Origin: Candidatus Woesearchaeota archaeon
Lineage (GTDB): Archaea > Nanobdellota > Nanobdellia > Woesearchaeales > JAGVYF01
Assembly (NCBI GenBank): GCA_041650315.1
Contig: JBAZLJ010000002.1
Span: 65,599-129,598, forward strand
DNA length: 64,000 bases
Direction: 5' to 3'
Below are positions 48,733-57,550 of this stretch, in pieces (the first letter of the stretch is position 1; every line of letters begins with the position of its first letter). The notes beneath the pieces are model-generated. The model did no database searches. It was not told the DNA's origin and saw only the letters and a program-made list of their open reading frames with translations. The position numbers and the translations under genes were made by a program.

Positions 48733-48783
48733 CCATTCTTCAGAAAACAAATATTTATTAATGTAGAGTTTATCATATTTCGT

Positions 48784-49653
48784 ATGGGTTTATTGAATCG
48801 TCTTTTTGGGTCAACAGAATCTATTGCGAAAGAAATCGAAGCAGATGATGCAGTTATTAAAAAGCAATGGGATGATTATCTTAAAACAATACCCAAAAAG
48901 AAAATTATCATAGGAAAACTTAATCCTGACGCTAAACTAAATTCTAATCTTAAAGAATTAGCCTCATTATTGGCATTAGAATTGACAGATATTCGCAGTG
49001 AAGAAAAGGAAGAATCGGAACTGATAGCGGATTTGGAATCGTTAGAGCAATCTAAGAAAATAAAACGCGTAGACAAATTAGAGCAGACTTTATGCTATAT
49101 GGAGACTAGGCACGAATATATCCACAAATTGTTGGAGCAACTCGATTCTATACTGAAATCCGAAATGAATTTAGTGATAGTATTGCAGAAAGGCTCTAAG
49201 GATATAGAAAAACTGATCTCTTCATTGAAATCTCAATTAAGCCTCGAATTGAATATTCTGGATAAGATTGAGAAAAGATCTACTTTCCATGAAATGTTCT
49301 CTGCGCTTGTCAAAGGCGAGCATATAATCAAATTCATGGATTCACGAGAAAAACGTATGCTCAGCAAGATGCAGAAAGGATTAGGCAAGATATATGGCGG
49401 TGAAATCGATAAGGGAGTGACATTTGAATGGGCGATGGGCGTTTTTGAATCGGTTGAAGATTCGGTACGTGAAGCGATAGCTAACGGCCTATTAGAAATG
49501 CATCCTGATGTAGATTTCGAATTCGTAAATACTTCTCAATTTCTCGTATTGGTTAAAGGTAAAATCCAGAGCCTAAGAAAAAGACCAGTTTCAGACCAGA
49601 TGATAACTGTCTTTGTTCATCTATTTAGGGAATGGTACAACGAAAGAGAATGA
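48784..49653 (+). CDS. hypothetical protein
   Basis: ORF. Confidence 0.35.
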   Translation: MGLLNRLFGSTESIAKEIEADDAVIKKQWDDYLKTIPKKKIIIGKLNPDAKLNSNLKELASLLALELTDIRSEEKEESELIADLESLEQSKKIKRVDKLEQTLCYMETRHEYIHKLLEQLDSILKSEMNLVIVLQKGSKDIEKLISSLKSQLSLELNILDKIEKRSTFHEMFSALVKGEHIIKFMDSREKRMLSKMQKGLGKIYGGEIDKGVTFEWAMGVFESVEDSVREAIANGLLEMHPDVDFEFVNTSQFLVLVKGKIQSLRKRPVSDQMITVFVHLFREWYNERE

Positions 49654-49766
49654 TTAAAATCCCTTTCTATGTTTAAGTTAAGCGTCTATTTCTAAAATAT
49701 ATAGCAGAAATTGCCCTAATATCAATTGATTACTCTTCGGATTGGATATTAGATAGTGTTTGTTAT

Positions 49767-50342
49767 TTAGATTAAGGGGAACATATTGCTATTTGCAGTC
49801 AAACTATTGATGATGCCCAATAATTGCCCGATATAGACTATGATTCCAATCAAGCATACGTAAAGAACTACACCTAAGAATGATCTTAGATAAGAAATCT
49901 TATACTTTTTAGAAAAACCATATACATATACAAGGATAGTCAATATAGCAATAACATATCCCGGGAAAATCAAACTTGGAATTATCAATACTATCATTGA
50001 ATAAGCCAATGCCTGCATTGCACTAAGGTAATTGTCTTTCTTAGCGATTAATCTCATTATAAGATTGATTATGAACGCCTCAATCTCTAGCATGACTCCA
50101 ACCACGATTTTAGCCAATAAGACTATCACCAAAATGGCGATTAAGTCTAAATAGGATGGATTGATTAACAAACCATAAATTCCGTTCAATAAAAGACTAG
50201 CACGAAATACTAAAGTAAGCATATCAATCAATTGCTCAGAAGAGCCCCTATCTTTCTCAAATACGACTAATGGAGATTTAAGGAATTTTACTATCCTGAG
50301 AAAAGATTCTTTTTCAGTGCCGAAACCAATCCATGACTGCAT
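49767..50342 (-). CDS. hypothetical membrane protein
   Basis: ORF with 4-5 TM helices. Confidence 0.35.
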   Translation of the reverse strand: MQSWIGFGTEKESFLRIVKFLKSPLVVFEKDRGSSEQLIDMLTLVFRASLLLNGIYGLLINPSYLDLIAILVIVLLAKIVVGVMLEIEAFIINLIMRLIAKKDNYLSAMQALAYSMIVLIIPSLIFPGYVIAILTILVYVYGFSKKYKISYLRSFLGVVLYVCLIGIIVYIGQLLGIINSLTANSNMFPLI

Positions 50343-50439
50343 AGTTACTTTTAAGGTTTTTAAGCTATTTAAATATTACTAAAATCAGTTTTATTCCCAT
50401 TTGGGTTTAATACTCCGTAGCTTGCTGTGGCAGGGAGTT

Positions 50440-51354
50440 TCATTTTTTAGTTATAATGTTCAGACAAATAGTTTTCATATTGTATGCTTCGCTTTTTATC
50501 TCATTGCAAAGATCTGCGTTTCTGGTCTCGATTGCATACCATTGGATGCACAAATCCTGCTGAGTCTCCAGTGCTTCCATATAGCATGAAATATCGCACG
50601 TGACTTTCCGGCATTCTGTCCAGTCTTTAGTCACTTTGGCTTTGCAGAATCCTTTTGATTTAGGCATACCTGTATTGTCGCATACCAAAGCATCTTTTGC
50701 AATAATAGCATACTCCGTGAAGCATTCATCCGAATTAGTGGCATTGAATAGTTTGAACACTAAATCGCAAACATCACTGTTTTTCAGTTCAATGCCTACA
50801 CTTGCCACGCATCTGGCGAGCTTGCCATCACGAGACCAGCCATCTACGTCAACAATTGGTTCAACCATTAAAGCGTTACACTTATCAGTGATTTTCTTCT
50901 CGAACTCCGCTTGCCTTGCCCAAAGGTTGAATACTGATAGATTCGTTTTAGCGACAATTATTCCATTGCCGTCTTTAATTGTCAGAAGCTCAATGATATA
51001 TTCGCTTGGTCTAAGATTATGATAATATCTATTCGGTTCTATCCAATCTTTATCTTTTGCGATGAATGTTACATAAACTGGCATTGCTATATTTCCATTC
51101 TCGTCAATAATCCTGAATCCATATTCTGTTCCTTCAGGAAGCCCTTTCTGCTGAAAGAAAAACCCTTGGTCCATATCAATGGAAGTCGCTATATTTCTAT
51201 CATTGTCTAGAATGAATACTTTGACATAGGGGGATATATTTTCTGAAACGTTCAGTTCTAGTCCGGGTGGAGTCGCACGAGGGAGGAATCCGTTAAGGAA
51301 GAATATGGTGATTATTGCGAGAATGATTAATAGGAAAATATATCTCAGTTTCAT
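50440..51354 (-). CDS. secreted Cys-rich protein (possible surface/adhesion protein of the element)
   Basis: Signal-like N-terminus MKLRYIFLLIILAIITIFFL (start moved to this Met); many Cys in the C-terminal half. Confidence 0.35.
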   Translation of the reverse strand: MKLRYIFLLIILAIITIFFLNGFLPRATPPGLELNVSENISPYVKVFILDNDRNIATSIDMDQGFFFQQKGLPEGTEYGFRIIDENGNIAMPVYVTFIAKDKDWIEPNRYYHNLRPSEYIIELLTIKDGNGIIVAKTNLSVFNLWARQAEFEKKITDKCNALMVEPIVDVDGWSRDGKLARCVASVGIELKNSDVCDLVFKLFNATNSDECFTEYAIIAKDALVCDNTGMPKSKGFCKAKVTKDWTECRKVTCDISCYMEALETQQDLCIQWYAIETRNADLCNEIKSEAYNMKTICLNIITKK

Positions 51355-51471
51355 ATATGAAACGTGGATAATCGTCTTTAAAAAAGCTTGTTTTTTACAT
51401 TCATGCACCCCCATAAAGCCCCCCACAAAGCCCCGTCCTATGTTTAAGTCAAGCGTCTATTTCTATAATTC

Positions 51472-51654
51472 ATGAAGAAGCGTTATGAACTGCGACTGAC
51501 CGAATCACAGGATATTCAGTTAAGGCAGAGAGCAGAAGCATTAGGATTTTCTAAGAAAATCGATTATGTCCGTTTTATGGCATTCCTAGAACCATCTTTC
51601 ATAGAAAAGATTGACCAGATCCATAAGAAGCTGTGTGGTGAAGATGCTAGATAA
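51472..51654 (+). CDS. ribbon-helix-helix (CopG/Arc-like) protein 1
   Basis: KKRYELRLTESQDIQLRQRAEALGFSKKIDYVRFMAF. Confidence 0.4.
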   Translation: MKKRYELRLTESQDIQLRQRAEALGFSKKIDYVRFMAFLEPSFIEKIDQIHKKLCGEDAR

Positions 51655-51802
51655 GGTTCGGCTTAGGACAAGATCAAGGAGCATCAGCATTTCGCTAGAC
51701 CTTTTAGATAAAATAAGATTTGTCTGTAAAGGCAATATGTCAGTTTCAGCATTCATAAGGATGGCAATAAAGAAAGAACTGCTAAGAAGAGGGATTGCAT
51801 GA
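51611..51802 (+). CDS. ribbon-helix-helix (CopG-like) protein 2
   Basis: SISISLDLLDKI...SAFIRMAIKKEL. Confidence 0.5.
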   Translation: MTRSIRSCVVKMLDKVRLRTRSRSISISLDLLDKIRFVCKGNMSVSAFIRMAIKKELLRRGIA

Positions 51803-51984
51803 GGCGACATTATTTTTTTAAGCTGAGGATGACTCTATCTGAAAAAGAAGAATTATGCGAAATAGCTAAAGACAATGGATTTGATACAGTTAGTTCTTAT
51901 TTAAGATGGGCAATTATGAATAATCTTCCTAAAGATATCCAAGAGATAAAAAATATTCTGCAAAAAAGAGAAGAAAAAAACTAA
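51799..51984 (+). CDS. ribbon-helix-helix (CopG-like) protein 3
   Basis: MTLSEKEELCEIAKDNGFDTVSSYLRWAI. Confidence 0.45.
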   Translation: MRRHYFFKLRMTLSEKEELCEIAKDNGFDTVSSYLRWAIMNNLPKDIQEIKNILQKREEKN

Positions 51985-53228
51985 CCGATAACCTTAGCGG
52001 TAGTTGTATTCATTTCCTGCATCTTCTGCGCAAGAAGCTGGATAATCTCTGGATGATGGCTAATCCTATCCAATAAGTCATCAGTTTCGTTCAGCCTTTT
52101 GCTATCTTCATTATACTTTGCCTGTATTGCCATGGCTTCGTGAATATCCAATATACCCGCACATCTGCAACAATACTTGCTTTCATAGCTGTTTATTGTC
52201 TCGCAACGTGGACAGGTCTTAGACCTTAGATGCACCTCTTCAGTTTTCTTATCCATGCTTTTGATGCCATTCATTACTAAAATAGCACTCTCTACCTCTT
52301 TCCCAGACATATGCACATAAGTCGAAGGCATCTCTGAACCCTGCGCCCAACCAAAGTATTGGTTCATCTGGAATTCAGTAAGATGATTGGCAAGATAAGT
52401 GGCACGACTATGCCTGAACATATGCGGATTGCATCTTTTAGTGATTCCAGATTTAGCGCAGTGCACACGCAATAGCTTATTTATCGCCCTATAGCTGATT
52501 GGAACAGATTTCTGGCGATTGCTCATGGTGACCCATAATGATTCAGTCCTATCATCTCTCTGAGGATGTATGTTCAGCCAAGTCATAAGATATTGAGTAG
52601 ATGAAACTAATCTTAATTTACGAGCACCAGTCTTGCCTTGAACGGTTATCAATATGCCATATTTATCTATTTCGACATTATTGATCTGCAATGAACAAAG
52701 TTCGCCTACCCTGCATCCAGATTCCCATAGCATAGACACGAATGCCTTATCTCTTGGAGAATTTATTGATTTGAGCAATTTCTCAATATCTTTTTCGTTC
52801 AGAAGTTCTCCGGATGAGGGCAGTTTCTTATCGCATAGCCTAAGTTTCGCCTTAATCCATTTTACTTCAGGCGGGAATTCATCACCACTATTCTTCAACC
52901 ATTTGAAGAATCTCTTGATTGCCATCTTATATGATTTCTTGGACCAAATTCCGTAATTTGGGTCCATCTGAATTTGGCTGACAATTGGTGCAATATCTTC
53001 CTTAGTTACTATATCAAAGTCCTTATTTAGCCACAATGCCCAAAATCTAAGGGTATCTGTATATTTAGCCACCCTAGACAAAGAAATTCCTTCTGCCACC
53101 AAACTATCCACAAATCTTCGGATTATCTCCTGATTGTGTGCACTCACGCTCGAATCCTTTAATCTCCTTAATGCCCATTGTGCTTGCCTTGCGTAGTTAT
53201 GGATATCTGTTTTCATGTTAGTCTCCAT
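51981..53228 (-). CDS. int: tyrosine recombinase / integrase (XerC/D-like, intact)
   Basis: C-terminal catalytic region with R...HMFRHSRATYL...Y. Lies adjacent to the tRNA att site. Confidence 0.8.
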   Translation of the reverse strand: METNMKTDIHNYARQAQWALRRLKDSSVSAHNQEIIRRFVDSLVAEGISLSRVAKYTDTLRFWALWLNKDFDIVTKEDIAPIVSQIQMDPNYGIWSKKSYKMAIKRFFKWLKNSGDEFPPEVKWIKAKLRLCDKKLPSSGELLNEKDIEKLLKSINSPRDKAFVSMLWESGCRVGELCSLQINNVEIDKYGILITVQGKTGARKLRLVSSTQYLMTWLNIHPQRDDRTESLWVTMSNRQKSVPISYRAINKLLRVHCAKSGITKRCNPHMFRHSRATYLANHLTEFQMNQYFGWAQGSEMPSTYVHMSGKEVESAILVMNGIKSMDKKTEEVHLRSKTCPRCETINSYESKYCCRCAGILDIHEAMAIQAKYNEDSKRLNETDDLLDRISHHPEIIQLLAQKMQEMNTTTAKVIG

Positions 53229-53368
53229 AAGAATAAGCTACGTTAAATACTTGAGGACCACATTGTGGCCACAACCCGTGGGTTGCACTTCAAGTAAGAA
53301 GCCTCTAGAGAGATTCCTGCTTCAAATACATCTCCCCAGAAAAGCGGGGAAATGAACTTCAAGTAAGA

Positions 53369-53441
53369 AGCCTCAGGGGAGATTTGCACTCCCGACCTCG
53401 GCCTTACCAAGGCCGCGCAATAGCTGCTATGCTACAGAGGC
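53369..53441 (-). tRNA. tRNA-Thr (anticodon GGU)
   Basis: Minus strand. Acceptor GCCTCTG/CTGAGGC with one T-T mismatch, anticodon stem CGGCC/GGCCG with loop TTGGTAA, T-arm GGGAG-TGCAAAT-CTCCC, discriminator T. Weak 3-bp D-stem, so moderate confidence. Confidence 0.55.
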
Positions 53442-53447
53442 GTATAT

Positions 53448-53475
53448 GTGGGGAAAGGGATTCGAACCCTTGAAC
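53448..53475 (-). other. tRNA 3'-half-like fragment (T-arm AAGGG-TTCGAAT-CCCTT plus acceptor 3' strand TCCCCAC) without a detectable 5' half
   Basis: No complementary GTGGGGA acceptor 5' strand within 150 nt upstream on the minus strand, or upstream of the adjacent homing endonuclease gene. Confidence 0.35.
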
Positions 53476-53579
53476 ACACTAAGTGACAGGATATCTCATG
53501 CCGAAACATAAGTGTCTTTCATGTATTACGTTCTTAAGTCCTGCGCATTTGACCAGGCTTTGCTCTAAAGAATGCCAAA

Positions 53580-54191
53580 CTAAAGTTGCTTAGCATTTAT
53601 CCCCACATTACCCGGTCTTTTGGAAATGGGTTCAACTGTATTTAAAAACCTTTCTTTTTCCGAATTAGGTATACGCAGGGCATATAGAGGTTTACGATTA
53701 GGCTTTAATTGAGGCTTAATCATATAGGCGCTGAATCCTACTTGATTAAGTAAGCTTAATACGCCGGATAAACCTTCAATATTTGTCGAAAAAAATCTTA
53801 TAGACTTACTGGCTGTACCATCACCATCAAAATATCCTCTAACAAATGCCTTTTTTATTGAATCATCAGATGATAAAATCTTGGAAGGGACTCTCCAAAT
53901 TAGATTGCCTAATTCGGTATTGTTGATTACTTCTCTAATTATATCACGCTTACAAATATTTATTTTTCCAAAACGAGTGACTTTTGTAGGATAACTAAAT
54001 TCTTTCAAAAGCAGATCTTGATAATGCGACAATAATGTTTTGTCTTTATTATAAAATTCTATCCGTTCAGATTTCATATGCTTACGAAATCTTTTTCTTC
54101 CACGAAATGTTTCCCAATAATCACTATACTGAATAATATGACACCCTTCTGCACATAATAGACCAATTATTTCAGCAAGTTCGGGACTCAT
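53580..54191 (-). CDS. LAGLIDADG homing endonuclease, free-standing
   Basis: Two LAGLIDADG motifs: LAEIIGLLCAEG and FVRGYFDGDGTAS. 203 aa. Confidence 0.7.
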   Translation of the reverse strand: MSPELAEIIGLLCAEGCHIIQYSDYWETFRGRKRFRKHMKSERIEFYNKDKTLLSHYQDLLLKEFSYPTKVTRFGKINICKRDIIREVINNTELGNLIWRVPSKILSSDDSIKKAFVRGYFDGDGTASKSIRFFSTNIEGLSGVLSLLNQVGFSAYMIKPQLKPNRKPLYALRIPNSEKERFLNTVEPISKRPGNVGINAKQL

Positions 54192-54312
54192 GGTCGCTAT
54201 TCTAAAAATAGATGATATATAAATTTAATCCAGAACTTATACAAATTTAAAGGACAGGAATAAGTCCAAAAAATCCCAAAATATTATAAAGTCCCTAGAA
54301 AAAATACTCACC

Positions 54313-55644
54313 ATGAGCCATATAACTTCAAAATCGTATATTCAACTTAGAAATAGGCTTGATAAATCGCCACAAGGCGCTCCGAAGTCAGACACTCTAT
54401 TCAAAATACTTGAACATCTATTCACTGAACGCGAGGCGCAGTTAGTATCAGTTTTACCCATTGCGTCATTTACTCTTGAAAAAGCCTCAAAAATCTGGAA
54501 ACTTTCTGAACCAGATTCTGAAAAAGCGCTTAATGGTCTTGCAGACAAAGGAATAATCGTTGACTTGACCAATAACGACAGGAAGGCGTACGTTCTTGCT
54601 CCGCCAATGGCTGGTTTTTTTGAATTCTCGATCATGAAAATGCACGGCAAGTTTGATAAGAAACTCTTGTCAGAGCTTTATCATCAATACATCAATACAG
54701 AAGACGAATTCGGTCAACGTGTCTTTGGATTAAATCCGCCAATAGGTCGGACTTTTGTGCACGAAGACAAGATCCCTCACAAAGACCGAGATATAGTATT
54801 AGATTACGAAAGAGCAACTAAAGTTATTGAGAACTCAACATTCTGTAGCGTAGGCACTTGCTATTGTAGACATAAGATGGAGCATCTAGGCAAAGCATGT
54901 AATCATTCCATGGAAGTCTGCCTCGCATTCAACGAAACCGGCAAAAGTCTTGCAGATCACAAGATTGCGCGAGCGATAACAAAAGAAGAAGCTATGCAGA
55001 TACTAAAGAAGTGCAGAGACGAGGGGCTTGTACAAGTCGGCTCTAATCTGCAGGATGGAGTGTCCTGGATATGCAACTGCTGCGGCTGCTGTTGCGAAGC
55101 GCTTCTGGCCTATAAAAAACTCGGATATAATCCTAGGATAGAGACTAATTGGCTTGCAAAGAATGAAACATCAAAATGCACAAGCTGCGGAATATGCGTA
55201 AAGAAATGTCCGGTCAATGCAATCTCAGTCATTAAAGAAGGTGTTGAAGATCCTAAATCATACGCGAAGATAGATCCTGAACGATGCATCGGATGCGGAG
55301 TCTGCACCAGGTTCTGTCCGGGTAAATGTTTGACTTTAGAAAGACGTAAAGAAACTGTCTTCGTCCCAAAAGATACTTTCGAGAGGTTTGTGCTTGGCGC
55401 GATTGATTCTGGCACTCTCCAGAACCTGCTCTTTGACAATTATCATCTCTGGCAATACGGCATATTAAGAAAAGTGTTTGAGATAATATTCAAGCTTCCT
55501 CCTGCGAAATGGATTCTTGCGAATAAGCAAATGCAGTCGCGGTTCTTAACTAGCGTCGGCAATTATTATTATCTTAAAGACCCAGCTCTGTTCAATAACA
55601 AGAAACCTGATTATTCTCACACAGAATTAAATAAAAAATTCTAG
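54313..55644 (+). CDS. Fe-S protein with 2x[4Fe-4S] ferredoxin domain plus additional Cys cluster (CNCCGCCC)
   Basis: CTSCGICVKKCP and CIGCGVCTRFCP ferredoxin motifs. Confidence 0.5.
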   Translation: MSHITSKSYIQLRNRLDKSPQGAPKSDTLFKILEHLFTEREAQLVSVLPIASFTLEKASKIWKLSEPDSEKALNGLADKGIIVDLTNNDRKAYVLAPPMAGFFEFSIMKMHGKFDKKLLSELYHQYINTEDEFGQRVFGLNPPIGRTFVHEDKIPHKDRDIVLDYERATKVIENSTFCSVGTCYCRHKMEHLGKACNHSMEVCLAFNETGKSLADHKIARAITKEEAMQILKKCRDEGLVQVGSNLQDGVSWICNCCGCCCEALLAYKKLGYNPRIETNWLAKNETSKCTSCGICVKKCPVNAISVIKEGVEDPKSYAKIDPERCIGCGVCTRFCPGKCLTLERRKETVFVPKDTFERFVLGAIDSGTLQNLLFDNYHLWQYGILRKVFEIIFKLPPAKWILANKQMQSRFLTSVGNYYYLKDPALFNNKKPDYSHTELNKKF

Positions 55645-56141
55645 AATTTATACAGGTTCAAGAACGCTTTCACAGAATCCTTGACATACATAGTATGCTC
55701 TTTCAATTCGGATATTTCTTTCGAGATATAGATTGGATAGAGATACTTGTTTATGACATGACCAATGAATACCAGATCCGGACGCGATTTCCATTTGCCG
55801 GCGAGATCTGTTTTCAACTTTGATTTGAATTCTATCTCAATATCGCCTTCATTGTATTTAATCTTGCGATCGCCTTTAGTGACGACTGTGTCTTTCATCT
55901 CTTTGATTTTTAGCTCGACTTCAATCACATATTTGATGTAAGACGATTGTCTTTTGCCGTATTCCATCTTGAGCTCGATGTTCTTGCCCTTGGCAGTCAC
56001 TTTCTCGGTATTGGATTTCTCTTCTTTATCGTAATTCTTTTTGGTGAGAATCTCGTTTATCTCAGTCAGAAGATCTTTTGCCTTGAACAGACCGCTATAG
56101 GAAACTGTGACGCCTTCCACAACAACATATTCTTCGCCCAT
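55641..56141 (-). CDS. hypothetical protein, tandem paralog A
   Basis: Shares KGK..E..W.G.K.TEY.KYEIEV pattern with the adjacent ORF. Confidence 0.4.
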   Translation of the reverse strand: MGEEYVVVEGVTVSYSGLFKAKDLLTEINEILTKKNYDKEEKSNTEKVTAKGKNIELKMEYGKRQSSYIKYVIEVELKIKEMKDTVVTKGDRKIKYNEGDIEIEFKSKLKTDLAGKWKSRPDLVFIGHVINKYLYPIYISKEISELKEHTMYVKDSVKAFLNLYKF

Positions 56142-56142
56142 C

Positions 56143-56679
56143 TTACATATGCTCCATGCCTATAGTCTCTCTCACATCATCATAAAAGCCATAGACTAGC
56201 TTATACAGAGGTGAGTAGACTTTAAAAATTATATCTTTATTTATGATATATTTGTGATACAAGTCTTGCATATAATGAACAAATTTCTTATTAGGAATAT
56301 CTGAAATAGATTTGACTGGCGCCGGCGTGGATCCCCAGCTCTTTGCATAATCAAGCACATAGGCGCCTTTTATGACCATCTGAATCCTGCCCTTATTCAT
56401 CTTTATTGTCTGTCCGTCTTTGACTACTTCAGTCTCGCCGAATTCCCAGATGAATAACGCGACTTCTATCTCGTATTTGTAATATTCAGTGATCTTCTTG
56501 TCGCCGAACCATTCGAACTCAAGCTCTTTGCCTTTATGCACGTACTTCTTCTCCTGCATATCGTATCCGTGAGCCTTATACCATTTAGTGATTGACTTGT
56601 AAAGCTTATCAAAATCAAAGACGCCAGTATACCTTATGATAGGCGGCTGGTCTGTGAGCTCGTTCCTTACTTCTACCAT
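56143..56679 (-). CDS. hypothetical protein, tandem paralog B
   Basis: See paralog A. Confidence 0.4.
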   Translation of the reverse strand: MVEVRNELTDQPPIIRYTGVFDFDKLYKSITKWYKAHGYDMQEKKYVHKGKELEFEWFGDKKITEYYKYEIEVALFIWEFGETEVVKDGQTIKMNKGRIQMVIKGAYVLDYAKSWGSTPAPVKSISDIPNKKFVHYMQDLYHKYIINKDIIFKVYSPLYKLVYGFYDDVRETIGMEHM

Positions 56680-56726
56680 AGAGGAAATCTAAAGAAACTT
56701 CTTATATAAACTTTACTATTGAGCAT

Positions 56727-56831
56727 TGCAACAGGTAAATTTTCTACGTTCCAATGCTAAGATAGCCATTCCCGGGGACTGGGCACCTTGGCTATTTTCT
56801 TCTTTAGCTATAAAATTTACAATAGTTGCAA
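56727..56831. repeat. family B inverted-repeat-bounded element, copy 2
   Basis: About 85% identical to 12569-12672 with the same terminal inverted repeat and central hairpin. Confidence 0.4.
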
Positions 56832-57362
56832 TTATATCGTTATATCCGTAATCTTGCCGCAAGTTGGGCAGACAGTCTTATCCTTGCCTTTCTCTGACAG
56901 GAATACTGGCTTATTCGCCGCTTCACGTATCGAGAATATGTCAACCACCAATTCGCATAATTGTGGTTGAACTCTGAGGATATCCTTCAAAGTAACATAA
57001 CCTATGACGTGTTTTCTGGCTATGACTGGAAGGTGCTTTATATTGAAATCACTCATGAGCTGGATTGCATCTGACAATTCTATCTCTGGACTTACTGTGA
57101 ATATCTGCTTGACCATCACTTCTGAGATCGGAATTTTATTAGCGTTTAGGTTATTGGCGAACACTTTCCTCACTATGTCCTGTTCTGTGACAATCCCATC
57201 AAGCTTTTTCCTAGAGCCTATCACTAATGAACCTATGTTCTCATTGGCCATTATCCTTGCGCAATCTGCGATAGAAGTTTCTTTGGGCACTATGACTGGT
57301 TTCTTAGTCATAGCATCGAATACCCTCAAACCTGATTTCATGTCATACATAGAGCTCCCCAT
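56832..57362 (-). CDS. CBS-domain pair protein with C-terminal CxxC zinc-ribbon
   Basis: Two CBS repeats; C-terminal CPTCGK. Confidence 0.55.
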   Translation of the reverse strand: MGSSMYDMKSGLRVFDAMTKKPVIVPKETSIADCARIMANENIGSLVIGSRKKLDGIVTEQDIVRKVFANNLNANKIPISEVMVKQIFTVSPEIELSDAIQLMSDFNIKHLPVIARKHVIGYVTLKDILRVQPQLCELVVDIFSIREAANKPVFLSEKGKDKTVCPTCGKITDITI

Positions 57363-57423
57363 ATAGCATATAAGCTAAGCTTGTATTAAATTGTAATTAT
57401 CAAGGGTACTGCACTTGTGACAA

Positions 57424-57549
57424 CTAAGTTAGCATCAGTTCGGATGCGCTTCTTATCAGTGATTGTTGGCCTTCCCTTGTAAAGGGTCCAACAACCCTTG
57501 CCACAGATGATACTATAACATGATAATCCTCACTAAGAATGCTAACTTA
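57424..57549. ncRNA. family A structured element, copy 2
   Basis: Conserved core plus terminal stem ctaagttagcat/atgctaacttaa. Confidence 0.4.
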
Positions 57550-57550
57550 A

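Larger units (their letters stand above)
28899..53382. mobile_element. putative integrative conjugative element (about 24.5 kb) integrated at tRNA-Thr
   Basis: Tyrosine integrase next to the tRNA. The 3' 15 nt of the tRNA is repeated at 28899. The interior carries VirB2/VirB6/VirB4-like genes, RHH regulators, ArdA, and an AT-rich cargo island. Confidence 0.55.

Noticed and set aside
53448-53580. A complete second tRNA upstream of tRNA-Thr
   Set aside because: The T-arm and acceptor 3' strand are present, but no complementary 5' acceptor strand or anticodon hairpin could be folded. Kept only as a fragment.
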